A stretch of 33,154 nt of DNA from an uncultured Eubacteriales bacterium (GTDB lineage: Bacteria; Bacillota_I; Bacilli_A; RF39; UBA660), in contig ONXO01000082.1 in the NCBI GenBank assembly GCA_900321795.1, forward strand, positions 1 through 33,154, read 5' to 3'. Both the position numbers and the translations under genes were made by a program. The notes beneath the pieces were generated by a model. The model did not search any database and was not told where the DNA came from. It saw nothing but the letters and a program-made list of their open reading frames with translations. The stretch's first letter is position 1, and the number at the start of each line of letters is the position of its first letter. This document shows, piece by piece, positions 25,336 through 33,136 of this stretch.

Positions 25336-25380
25336 AAAAAACGCTAAATATCAATAAGCTTAGCCTACTTTTTAGCGTTT
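25336..25380 (-). terminator. Rho-independent terminator ending the tsaB-rimI-tsaD unit
   Basis: 10-bp stem AAACGCTAAA / TTTAGCGTTT with a 22-nt loop, followed by TTTGCTG on the minus strand. The 5' arm lies in the last codons of the 74-aa ORF. Confidence 0.55.
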
Positions 25381-25589
25381 GATTTCTTCTTTTTAAGATT
25401 TAAATATAATGATTTACTCATACCATAAGATTCATTTGCTAATGTATCAAGTTCTTCATCACTCATCTCATTTAAAATATTAGGATATCCTGCTTTTTCT
25501 AATATTTCATTAAGATGTAAGCTTTCATCACCAAATTCACCATTTCTATATTTTTTAAGTATTTCTTTATATTGCATTATTTTTTCCAT
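25365..25589 (-). CDS. hypothetical small protein
   Basis: 74-aa ORF 13 nt downstream of tsaD with a GGAGG SD. It has a basic C-terminal tail. Confidence 0.5.
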   Translation of the reverse strand: MEKIMQYKEILKKYRNGEFGDESLHLNEILEKAGYPNILNEMSDEELDTLANESYGMSKSLYLNLKKKKSNAKK

Positions 25590-25602
25590 TTATAGCCTCC
25601 AA

Positions 25603-26628
25603 TTAATTTTTACTAAAATCTGTCACATCAAGTTCTTCGTGAGAAGAAGCATTAATTGAAAAATCACTAAATTTATTAGCCCTGTAAAGAATGTATGCAG
25701 CAGCACCTATCATAGTAGCATTATCAGTGCAATATCTAAACTCAGGCACAAACATTTTGACATCATGTCTTTCACACATATCATTAAGCGCGCCTCTTAT
25801 AAACTTGTTAGCAGCAACACCACCTGCAACAGCAAAGTTTTTAACTCCTAAATTTATAACAGCTTTTTCGCATTTGCTTAACAAAGCATCAGTAACACAG
25901 TTTTGAAAAGAATGAGCCATGTCATTTTTATTAATTTCTTCTCCTCTTTGGTGCGCATTATGAACCATATTATTTACATGTGATTTTATACCGCTAAAAC
26001 TAAAATTATATGTTTCATCATCCAAAAGCTTTGGCATAGTATAAGCATCTTTACCTTCTCTAGCTGCCTTTTCAATAGAAGGCCCACCTGGATAAGGCAT
26101 TCCAAGTATTCTTGCTATCTTATCAAAACATTCGCCTATTGCATCGTCAAGTGTACTACCTAAGTACTCAAAACTACCTTCTTCTTTCATATATATAAGA
26201 TCAGTATGCCCACCACTTATAACCAAAGACAAAAGAGGGTACTCTAGCGTTTGCCCAATATTATTACCGCATATATGTCCCATCATATGATTAACTTTAA
26301 TTAAAGGCTTATTATAACAAAGTGCTAATGCTTTGGCAGCTTCTACTCCAACAAGTAAACTTCCTAAAAGTCCTGGACTATAAGTAACCGCAATTGCATC
26401 AACCTCATCCACAGTCATATTTGCTTTCTTTAAGCACTCTTCAATAACTAAAGTTATATTTTCTAAATGAAGGCGACTAGCCACTTCAGGAACAACCCCA
26501 CCATAAATAGTATGTACATCTATTTGAGTATTAGTAGCTGTTGCAATATCCTCACATCCATTTTTAACAATACTAACGCTAGTTTCATCACAAGAACTTT
26601 CTATAGCTAAAATATAAACATCTTTCAT
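25603..26628 (-). CDS. tsaD: tRNA N6-adenosine threonylcarbamoyltransferase
   Basis: ILAIESSCDETSVSIV, HMMGHI and GGVAANK motifs. 341 aa. Confidence 0.93.
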   Translation of the reverse strand: MKDVYILAIESSCDETSVSIVKNGCEDIATATNTQIDVHTIYGGVVPEVASRLHLENITLVIEECLKKANMTVDEVDAIAVTYSPGLLGSLLVGVEAAKALALCYNKPLIKVNHMMGHICGNNIGQTLEYPLLSLVISGGHTDLIYMKEEGSFEYLGSTLDDAIGECFDKIARILGMPYPGGPSIEKAAREGKDAYTMPKLLDDETYNFSFSGIKSHVNNMVHNAHQRGEEINKNDMAHSFQNCVTDALLSKCEKAVINLGVKNFAVAGGVAANKFIRGALNDMCERHDVKMFVPEFRYCTDNATMIGAAAYILYRANKFSDFSINASSHEELDVTDFSKN

Positions 26629-26963
26629 AACATCATCTCCATTATAAGAGCATCATCATCTTTATAATAATTATCTCTTACATAAATTTCTTTAAAGCTA
26701 AATTTTCTATATAAATTAATAGCCGGAATATTTTTACTTCTCACTTCAAGCATTAATTTTTCTTTTTTACCTCTATACTTATTAATTATATATTTAAATA
26801 TTTCACTAGATACTCCATTTCTTCTATATTCTTCCGTTGTGAATACATCTATTATATTTACTACATCTATAGTTTCTTCTGCAAGAATATATCCTTTAGT
26901 AATACCTTCTTCATTAAAACTGTATCTTACTTTAAAACTATCTAGTTCTTCTTCTAATATCAC
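26625..26963 (-). CDS. rimI: ribosomal-protein-alanine N-acetyltransferase (GNAT), unusually short
   Basis: It sits between tsaB and tsaD with 4-nt overlaps on both sides. The GNAT core is IDVFTTEEYRRNGVSSEIF...LEVRSKNIPAINLYRKFSFKE...YY. It is 112 aa only. Confidence 0.7.
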   Translation of the reverse strand: MILEEELDSFKVRYSFNEEGITKGYILAEETIDVVNIIDVFTTEEYRRNGVSSEIFKYIINKYRGKKEKLMLEVRSKNIPAINLYRKFSFKEIYVRDNYYKDDDALIMEMML

Positions 26964-27511
26964 TTTTCAACCTCAATTTTTTTTACATAATTAGCTCTTA
27001 CTAAATGTGTCTTTACAGGTTCAAAACTCTTGGCATAAAGGACAACTTTTCTAACATCAAGCTTTTCTTGTACTAAAGGATAGCTATACCTGCTTATATC
27101 TTCTAAATATGACTCTTCTATAATCGATTTATTATTTTCATCAAATACACTTATATAATAACCCTTATTATCTTCTATAACAGCTTGTCTATTTCCTTTT
27201 ATATCAGAACTTACCAAATAAGCAGATAAACTACTTACTAAATAAATTGGAACATTTAATGAATAAGCCATTACTTTAGCAGCTGAAAGTCCGATTCTTA
27301 GCCCAGTAAAACTACCTGGTCCATTAACAGCAACTATGTCTTTAATATTTTTTACAGTTAAATCATTTTCTTTAAGTATATTTTGCACCATTGGCATTAA
27401 ATAAACAGCATGTGAATATAAGCTTTCTTTAGTCTTTTCTATAACTTGATTATCATTTAACAAAGCAACTGTTATAAGTTCATCATGCGTATCTATAAAT
27501 AATGTATACAT
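26960..27511 (-). CDS. tsaB: tRNA threonylcarbamoyladenosine biosynthesis protein TsaB
   Basis: VAVNGPGSFTGLRIGLSAAK motif. I prefer the ATG at 27511 (MYTLFIDT). Confidence 0.85.
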   Translation of the reverse strand: MYTLFIDTHDELITVALLNDNQVIEKTKESLYSHAVYLMPMVQNILKENDLTVKNIKDIVAVNGPGSFTGLRIGLSAAKVMAYSLNVPIYLVSSLSAYLVSSDIKGNRQAVIEDNKGYYISVFDENNKSIIEESYLEDISRYSYPLVQEKLDVRKVVLYAKSFEPVKTHLVRANYVKKIEVEK

Positions 27512-27550
27512 ACATCTCACTTCCTCGTGCATATTTTACCACTTTTTAGC

Positions 27551-27583
27551 CAAAAATAAAAGCTTCAAGTAAAAAACTTAAGC
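27551..27583 (-). terminator. Rho-independent terminator after the thioredoxin-like gene
   Basis: GCTTAAGT-TTTTT-ACTT(G)AAGC hairpin (one bulge) followed by TTTTATTTTTGG on the minus strand. Confidence 0.55.
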
Positions 27584-28294
27584 CTTCAATTTCTTTTTAT
27601 TTTTTAAAAAACAAACTACTGCAAATATTATAACTATTATTGCATCATTAATAGCAAGCCAAACTATCAAAGTTTTAGAAGTAATACCATTATTCTTTTC
27701 TTCTTTAACGGGTTCATCACTTTTAAATAGTTTACCATTCTTATCATACTCTTTAATAAGCTCATCAATAATCGTTGTTATTTTTTCCTGTCTAGTTTTA
27801 TACTTATCAATTTCATCAAATACATCATATCTATCTTCTACAGGAGTATTATATAAATCTAAAATAGCTTTTTTGATATCATTATCATACCTACTATTAT
27901 ATCCAGGAAATACTTTATTTCCGATGATAATATATGGAACACCACCAGCTTCTTCTTCTAAAAAACTAGAAACGTCATTAAGTAGTTTATTGTTTGCTTC
28001 ATTATACCATACTTCAAATGTTACCATTTTAAAATATTTACCATACTCTTGTGTTATATCATTCATAAAAGTTAAGAATGATCGACAAAATTGACAACCC
28101 TGACCTCTAAAAAGATAAATAACAATTTGATTATCATTTTCTTCATAATTATTAAATTTTTCTTCCATGCTTTCAGCAGCTAATGTCTCTTTAAAATTCA
28201 AATATTCACTTTCATCTGCTTTTAAAACAGTAGGAAGTACTAAAAGAATAATCAATATCAATTTATATATCTTTTTCACTATTACCAACTCCAT
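27578..28294 (-). CDS. thioredoxin-fold protein (CQFC) with N-terminal signal and C-terminal TM anchor
   Basis: VIYLFRGQGCQFCRSFLTFM...GGVPYIIIGNKVF is a thioredoxin pattern. A hydrophobic helix lies near the C-terminus. The true start may be the GTG at 28279. Confidence 0.7.
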   Translation of the reverse strand: MELVIVKKIYKLILIILLVLPTVLKADESEYLNFKETLAAESMEEKFNNYEENDNQIVIYLFRGQGCQFCRSFLTFMNDITQEYGKYFKMVTFEVWYNEANNKLLNDVSSFLEEEAGGVPYIIIGNKVFPGYNSRYDNDIKKAILDLYNTPVEDRYDVFDEIDKYKTRQEKITTIIDELIKEYDKNGKLFKSDEPVKEEKNNGITSKTLIVWLAINDAIIVIIFAVVCFLKNKKKLKA

Positions 28295-28345
28295 TATAAG
28301 TATAACATGAATAATTCCATTTTGCTAGGTCAACGTAAAAGTATT

Positions 28346-28371
28346 GTTAAAAAGAGTTTACACAACTCTTT
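28346..28371 (-). terminator. marginal hairpin/terminator at the tsaE 3' end
   Basis: AAAGAGTT-GTGTA-AACTCTTT followed by TTAACAA. The U-tract is partly inside the stem, and the hairpin overlaps the tsaE stop codon. Confidence 0.35.
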
Positions 28372-28813
28372 GGCAAACTTCTTCATACTCTTCCCCATGA
28401 GGAATCAAAGTAAATATTCTTTTGTTTTCATCAACTATTTTAATTCTTATATCTAACCTTTTTTTAGGAAGTATATCACTTATTAAATCAGACCATTCAA
28501 TAATACATACACCTTTTTTCTTATAATATTCTTCTATTCCATTATCTTCCTTCATTTCATTTAATCTATAAACATCCATATGGAATAGTCTAAAATTATC
28601 TTCTCCATTATACTCTTTAATAATTGTAAATGTAGGCGAAGTTATATTTTCAGTAATACCCATAGATTTAGCAAATGCTTTTGCAAATAATGTTTTTCCA
28701 CTTCCTAAATCACCTTCTAAACATATCACCATATTAGGAAACTTTTCGCTTTCAATATTTTGAGCAAGCTCAATAGTATCTAAATCTGAATTTGAAATTA
28801 TTTTGTAATCCAT
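28358..28813 (-). CDS. tsaE: tRNA threonylcarbamoyladenosine biosynthesis ATPase TsaE
   Basis: GDLGSGKTLFAKAF P-loop, SPTFTI and HMDVYRL motifs. The ATG at 28813 has GAGGTG upstream. Confidence 0.88.
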   Translation of the reverse strand: MDYKIISNSDLDTIELAQNIESEKFPNMVICLEGDLGSGKTLFAKAFAKSMGITENITSPTFTIIKEYNGEDNFRLFHMDVYRLNEMKEDNGIEEYYKKKGVCIIEWSDLISDILPKKRLDIRIKIVDENKRIFTLIPHGEEYEEVCQRVV

Positions 28814-28946
28814 TTCTCGCACCTCTTTTTCATTTTAACATTACATATTAGACTTATTCAAGAGCTAATTGTTAACTTTACAAAATATTTTTTATTTATA
28901 TTAGTAAAAGAATAAAAACTATAGTATAATTATGTTGGTGAATTAT

Positions 28947-29903
28947 ATGAACGAAACATTAGAAGTACTAGATTTTAATGAAAAGCCTAGAAAATTTAGT
29001 GTACTAGACACCTACGGAGAGAATTTATCAAATAAGTTTTACATCACTGATCCCGCCATAGGCAGAGATAAAGAAATTAAAGATGCTATGATTATTTTAC
29101 TTACTCCTGAAAAATCAGCACTATTAGTAGGTAAAGCCGGTATAGGTAAAACAGCAATTGTTGAAGGAATTGGCTATAGAATGCAACAAGGATTAGTTCC
29201 AGAAGCACTTAAAAAATATGAGCTTATCAAGATTAATATTTCTTCTCTTTTAGGCACAGTTCACACTGAAGATGGGGTAAATGCAAATATGCTACAGTTA
29301 TTAGTAGATGAGCTTAAAACTAAAGAAAATATAATTTTGTTTATAGATGAAATACACCTTTTAGTTAGCAGAAATACATCTAACTTAAATGTTGACTTTG
29401 CAAATATGCTTAAACCAGGATTAGATAGAGGTACAATTAAAATGATAGGTGCGACCACTACAGAAGAATACGAAGCCTATATATTAAGAGACCGTGCATT
29501 CTTAAGAAGATTCTTAAAAGTGGATATTGAAGAACCCACAATAGAAGATACTGTAAAAATATTAATGGGAACATATCCTAAATTAGAAAAACAAACTGGT
29601 GTTACAAATAATTATACTGACTATCAAAAAGAAAAGATTTTTAGATTTATAGTAGAATTAACAGACCAATATAAAAGAATCTATGAAATAGGTAATAGAT
29701 ACCCTGATATAGCTTTAACAATGCTAGCAAATGCATACTCTAATGCTGTATTTGAAAACACAAACACATTAAATATGAAGCATATATACGAAGCAATTAA
29801 AAACTCAAAGTCAATTTATGATGATGCTAAAAAGAAAGGATTAATTGAGTTTAAAAACAAATTTCAAGACATACTTGACACTGAAAACGTAAAGTTAGAT
29901 TAA
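28947..29903 (+). CDS. stand-alone Clp/Hsp100-type AAA+ ATPase (D1-module only)
   Basis: LDTYGENLS...DPAIGRDKEIKDAMIILL...LLVGKAGIGKTAIVEGI, ILFIDEIHLLV, MLKPGLDRGTIKMIGATTTEEYE and RDRAFLRRF are collinear with ClpA/B/C D1. I prefer the ATG at 28947, because the TATAAT at 28925-28930 would place the transcription start after the first ATG. Confidence 0.75.
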   Translation: MNETLEVLDFNEKPRKFSVLDTYGENLSNKFYITDPAIGRDKEIKDAMIILLTPEKSALLVGKAGIGKTAIVEGIGYRMQQGLVPEALKKYELIKINISSLLGTVHTEDGVNANMLQLLVDELKTKENIILFIDEIHLLVSRNTSNLNVDFANMLKPGLDRGTIKMIGATTTEEYEAYILRDRAFLRRFLKVDIEEPTIEDTVKILMGTYPKLEKQTGVTNNYTDYQKEKIFRFIVELTDQYKRIYEIGNRYPDIALTMLANAYSNAVFENTNTLNMKHIYEAIKNSKSIYDDAKKKGLIEFKNKFQDILDTENVKLD

Positions 29904-29977
29904 TTTTTTAGAGAAATTTTTACTTCCAATTTTCAATATCGAGAAAGTAATTTAAAAAAAACAAAAAATAATTTTAA

Positions 29978-30014
29978 AAATTAACCTCAAAAACTGGGGT
30001 TAATTTTTAATTTT
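29978..30014 (+). terminator. Rho-independent terminator after the AAA+ gene
   Basis: AAATTAACC, 11-nt loop, GGTTAATTT, followed by TTAATTTTG. Confidence 0.6.
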
Positions 30015-30127
30015 GCTACTTCAATTTTAAAAAACAAAAGTAAAAAGTGCTTATTTGACAGGGCTTTTTTTGTGTGATACCGTATAAATCAAACACGGAA
30101 AATTGTGTTTAGAAAGGAGGCAAAACT

Positions 30128-30193
30128 ATGGGTTGGCTATATTTACTAGCTAAATTAAAAGAAGAACAAAACCAACTAGTTTTAGAATGTTAA
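30128..30193 (+). CDS. unannotated 21-aa peptide ORF (MGWLYLLAKLKEEQNQLVLEC)
   Basis: The ATG at 30128 is preceded by AAAGGAGG with a 7-nt spacer. TAA is at 30191-30193. It lies 43 nt upstream of the ABC ATPase ATG with no intervening hairpin. Confidence 0.5.
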   Translation: MGWLYLLAKLKEEQNQLVLEC

Positions 30194-30236
30194 ACGCAAA
30201 TTATATAAAAACAATTTATTAAAAGGAGGAGAAAAA

Positions 30237-30938
30237 ATGAATAATACAGTTGAAACAATAAACTTGAGCAAAGAAATAAAAAACAATATAATTTTAGATA
30301 ACATTAATTTTAAATTAGAAAAAGGAAAAATATATGGTCTAGTAGGCCCTAATGGAAGTGGTAAATCCACATTACTTAAAACTATACTAGGTCTAATATC
30401 ATTTAAGGGGGAAATCTTTCTAAATGGCTATAATGTAAGAAAGAACTATAGAGAAACTAGAGAATTAATAAGTGGAATTGTTGATTATGTCAGTTTTTAT
30501 GACTTTTTATCAGCAGAAGAAAATCTAAGATACTTTGCTCTTTGCTATGATGTACCACTAGAAAAAGTACCTTTAATCCTAAAAACAGTATCTTTAAATA
30601 CTGATAAAAAATTAGTAAAACACTTTTCACTTGGTATGAAACAAAGACTTGGGATAGCAATAAGCTTACTTAAAGATCCAGAAATACTTGTGTTAGATGA
30701 GCCGATAAATGGACTAGATCCTAAAGGAATAAAAGATTTAAGAGAGCTACTATATTCACTTAAAGATAAAACTATAATTGTTTCTTCACACATCATACCT
30801 GAAATAGAAAAAATTGCAGATGAAATATTATTCTTAAATAATCACAAAATTGAACAAAAAATAATAGAAAAAAAGAAGCCAAAAGAAAATGACTTAGAAA
30901 ATATACTAATAAAGCTTATGGAGGAAAAGAATGATTAA
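30237..30938 (+). CDS. ABC transporter ATP-binding protein (ABC-2 / immunity-type subfamily)
   Basis: Walker A is GPNGSGKST, the signature is LGMKQRLGIA and Walker B is ILVLDEP. SD is AAAGGAGGAG. Confidence 0.88.
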   Translation: MNNTVETINLSKEIKNNIILDNINFKLEKGKIYGLVGPNGSGKSTLLKTILGLISFKGEIFLNGYNVRKNYRETRELISGIVDYVSFYDFLSAEENLRYFALCYDVPLEKVPLILKTVSLNTDKKLVKHFSLGMKQRLGIAISLLKDPEILVLDEPINGLDPKGIKDLRELLYSLKDKTIIVSSHIIPEIEKIADEILFLNNHKIEQKIIEKKKPKENDLENILIKLMEEKND

Positions 30939-31827
30939 TCTAATAAAAGCAGACCTTTATAAAGAAACCAAAAAAAATAGTTTTATTGTGACTATATTAT
31001 TAATCATATTTGTGAGTGTTTTCTATATATGTGCAAATAGAAACATTGTGAAAGAAAACGCATTAATAGAAGTATTACCTATTCTAACAGAAAGTGAATA
31101 TAAAGAAATAAATAAACATGGAAACTACGAAAAATATAAAAAAGACTATCAAGGATATTTTAATGAAATGTCAAAAATTAACAAAGTTAATACTCACAAA
31201 ATTAATAGCAAGTCAGAAAGTATTCTTGAAAAGTCAAAAGCTTTATTTTATCTATTAGGAATAATAGTAATATTTAACTCTTTTCATAGTTTAAGCTACG
31301 ACTTAAATAGCAAAACAATTAGATATATGTTCCAGTCTTCTTTTAAAAGAGAAACAATCCTTTTAGCAAAAATATTAACTCAAATACTATTAACTACATT
31401 CTATATGCTAATTATTCTAATAACAGTATTAACTACTACATACTTATTAACGCATGAGCCTTTGCCCTTATTTAATTACATTGAAGTAGTTTCAAGATAT
31501 TTTATACCTCTTCTATTTATGAACATATTCACTTTTACATTATGCCTTATTACAAATGCCAGCAACTTAACAGCATTTATAAGTATAATAGTTTATTTTT
31601 TCTCATTAACATTTACTAATATGTTGCTCTCAAGAGGATACACATTTGTAGAATATACATTTTTACCTTACTTAGACTATACTTTTTTTGAAAATGCTTC
31701 AGATGCTTTAGAAACTAATTTAATATATAACACAAGCATCACATCTCATGCAGGAGCAATTATTAGTTTAATTTATATTACCTTATTTATAATCCTAAAT
31801 ATTAAACTAATAAAAAGAGATATGTAA
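30931..31827 (+). CDS. ABC-2 family transporter permease
   Basis: 298 aa. Its start overlaps the ATPase stop by 8 nt. TM1 is followed by an extracytoplasmic loop of about 75 aa and then 5 TM helices. Confidence 0.7.
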   Translation: MINLIKADLYKETKKNSFIVTILLIIFVSVFYICANRNIVKENALIEVLPILTESEYKEINKHGNYEKYKKDYQGYFNEMSKINKVNTHKINSKSESILEKSKALFYLLGIIVIFNSFHSLSYDLNSKTIRYMFQSSFKRETILLAKILTQILLTTFYMLIILITVLTTTYLLTHEPLPLFNYIEVVSRYFIPLLFMNIFTFTLCLITNASNLTAFISIIVYFFSLTFTNMLLSRGYTFVEYTFLPYLDYTFFENASDALETNLIYNTSITSHAGAIISLIYITLFIILNIKLIKRDM

Positions 31828-31854
31828 AAAGAAAGGTTCACATTCCCTTTCTTT
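31828..31854. terminator. bidirectional terminator between the ABC permease and cotJC
   Basis: AAAGAAAGG, 9-nt loop, CCTTTCTTT, followed by TGTATT. It overlaps the last codons of cotJC. Confidence 0.6.
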
Positions 31855-32395
31855 TGTATTCTTCATATAACTCTTTAAATCTATTAAAATGCACAACTTC
31901 TCTTTGCCTTAAAAAGCTAAGTGGCGCTAATAAATCCTGGTCCTTAGTCATATCCATTAAGTTTTCATATGTAGCTCTAGCCTTTTCTTCTGCTGCCATA
32001 TCTTCCATTAAATCAACCATAGGATTACCACTAACTTCAATATATGCAGCTGTATAAGGTACACCATTTGAATCCATTGGGTAAACACCCCTCTTGTGAC
32101 CTATATAATAAGTATCAAGTCCCGCTTCTTTTAATTCTTCTATAGTTGCATCTTTAACTAGCTGACTTATCATAACCTGAATCATCTCAAAATGACTAAG
32201 TTCTTCATTAGCTATATCCGTTAAAAGTGCACTTCCCTTTTCATCAGGCATAGTATATCTTTGACACATATATCTAAGTGAAGCTGAAAGTTCTCCGTTA
32301 GCCCCGCCTAGTTGATCACACATAAGCTTAGCCATTCTTAAATCTTTTTTCTTAATATTTACTGGATATTCAAGCATTTTTTCATATTTAAACAT
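31838..32395 (-). CDS. cotJC: spore coat protein CotJC (manganese-catalase-like)
   Basis: MFKYEKMLEYPVNIKKKDLRMAKLM..QLGGANGELSASLRY..QRY...EELSHFEMI is the characteristic CotJC / Mn-catalase N-terminal pattern. Confidence 0.88.
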   Translation of the reverse strand: MFKYEKMLEYPVNIKKKDLRMAKLMCDQLGGANGELSASLRYMCQRYTMPDEKGSALLTDIANEELSHFEMIQVMISQLVKDATIEELKEAGLDTYYIGHKRGVYPMDSNGVPYTAAYIEVSGNPMVDLMEDMAAEEKARATYENLMDMTKDQDLLAPLSFLRQREVVHFNRFKELYEEYKRKGM

Positions 32396-32919
32396 TACTT
32401 CTTGCCTCCTTCACTCATCCAAGGCCAAGGATTCTTACTCCACATATAATCATCATAATATAGAGTTTCTTGTACACAAAGTGGCCCATAGTTTTTCTCG
32501 TATAAGTCTTTACTTTCATTTAATTCTTCAATAGCTTTTTTAAACTCATTAAACATATTCTTGTCAGCAGGATTTATATCTAAGTATAAATTAAGATCTA
32601 TTACTTTAAATGTAAGCTCTTGTATCTTTAGTAATAGTTCATCTTTTTTGCCATTAACCACAACTTTATAAACATAACTTTTATATGGATTATAAAGATT
32701 TCTAAACATATTACCTTTATTAAGTCCTTCTTTAGCCGTAAACAAATCATTAACACTTTCTCTATTATTAAAATTATTGATATTTATGTTTTCTATATCT
32801 ACTTTAAAATCATTATCCCACTTCTTTACATTGTTTTGAGTATAATTCTTTTCTACATTGTTTACTTCATTAGAATAATTAGAATATTCTATTTCATTTT
32901 CTCTTTCATCAAAATACAT
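32395..32919 (-). CDS. cotJB: CotJB spore coat protein with CotJA-like N-terminal extension (apparent CotJA-CotJB fusion)
   Basis: The C-terminal half, LLLKIQELTFKVIDLNLYLDINPADKNMFNEF...LYEKNYGPL...NPWPW, is the CotJB pattern. The preceding AKEGLNKGNMFRNLYNPY resembles the CotJA EAL.KGT.F..L..PY motif. Its stop overlaps the cotJC start (TAATG). Confidence 0.7.
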   Translation of the reverse strand: MYFDERENEIEYSNYSNEVNNVEKNYTQNNVKKWDNDFKVDIENININNFNNRESVNDLFTAKEGLNKGNMFRNLYNPYKSYVYKVVVNGKKDELLLKIQELTFKVIDLNLYLDINPADKNMFNEFKKAIEELNESKDLYEKNYGPLCVQETLYYDDYMWSKNPWPWMSEGGKK

Positions 32920-33018
32920 AATTTCCCCCTTCTGGAGTATAATATGTATAGAAGTGCCTATTGTACGGGCTATAACACAAGATTTTCTGTGGATTTTGAA
33001 AAAATTGATTTTTTATAG

Positions 33019-33047
33019 TTGACAAAAGCCTTCCGATATTATAAAAT
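33019..33047 (+). promoter_or_regulatory. sigma-A promoter of tRNA-Asn
   Basis: TTGACA (33019-33024), 17 nt, TAAAAT (33042-33047), about 13 nt before the tRNA 5' end. Confidence 0.65.
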
Positions 33048-33060
33048 TATATATGCAGTT

Positions 33061-33136
33061 GCCCGATTAGCTCAGTCGGTAGAGCGCACGGCTGTTAACC
33101 GTTAGGTCGCAGGTTCGAGTCCTGCATCGGGCGCCA
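33061..33136 (+). tRNA. tRNA-Asn (GTT), CCA encoded
   Basis: GCCCGAT/ATCGGGC acceptor, D-arm GCTC-AGTCGGTA-GAGC, anticodon loop CTGTTAA, T-arm GCAGG-TTCGAGT-CCTGC, then GCCA. Confidence 0.9.

Noticed and set aside
30040-30075. TTGACA at 30055-30060 as the -35 of the peptide/ABC promoter, or alternatively AAAAAGTGC…GGGCTTTTTTT as a second terminator.
   Set aside because: At 17 nt the only -10 candidate is the poor TACCGT, and TATAAA is 22 nt away. The alternative hairpin has a mismatch and mostly A-U pairs. Neither is solid enough to annotate, so the promoter of this unit remains unassigned.
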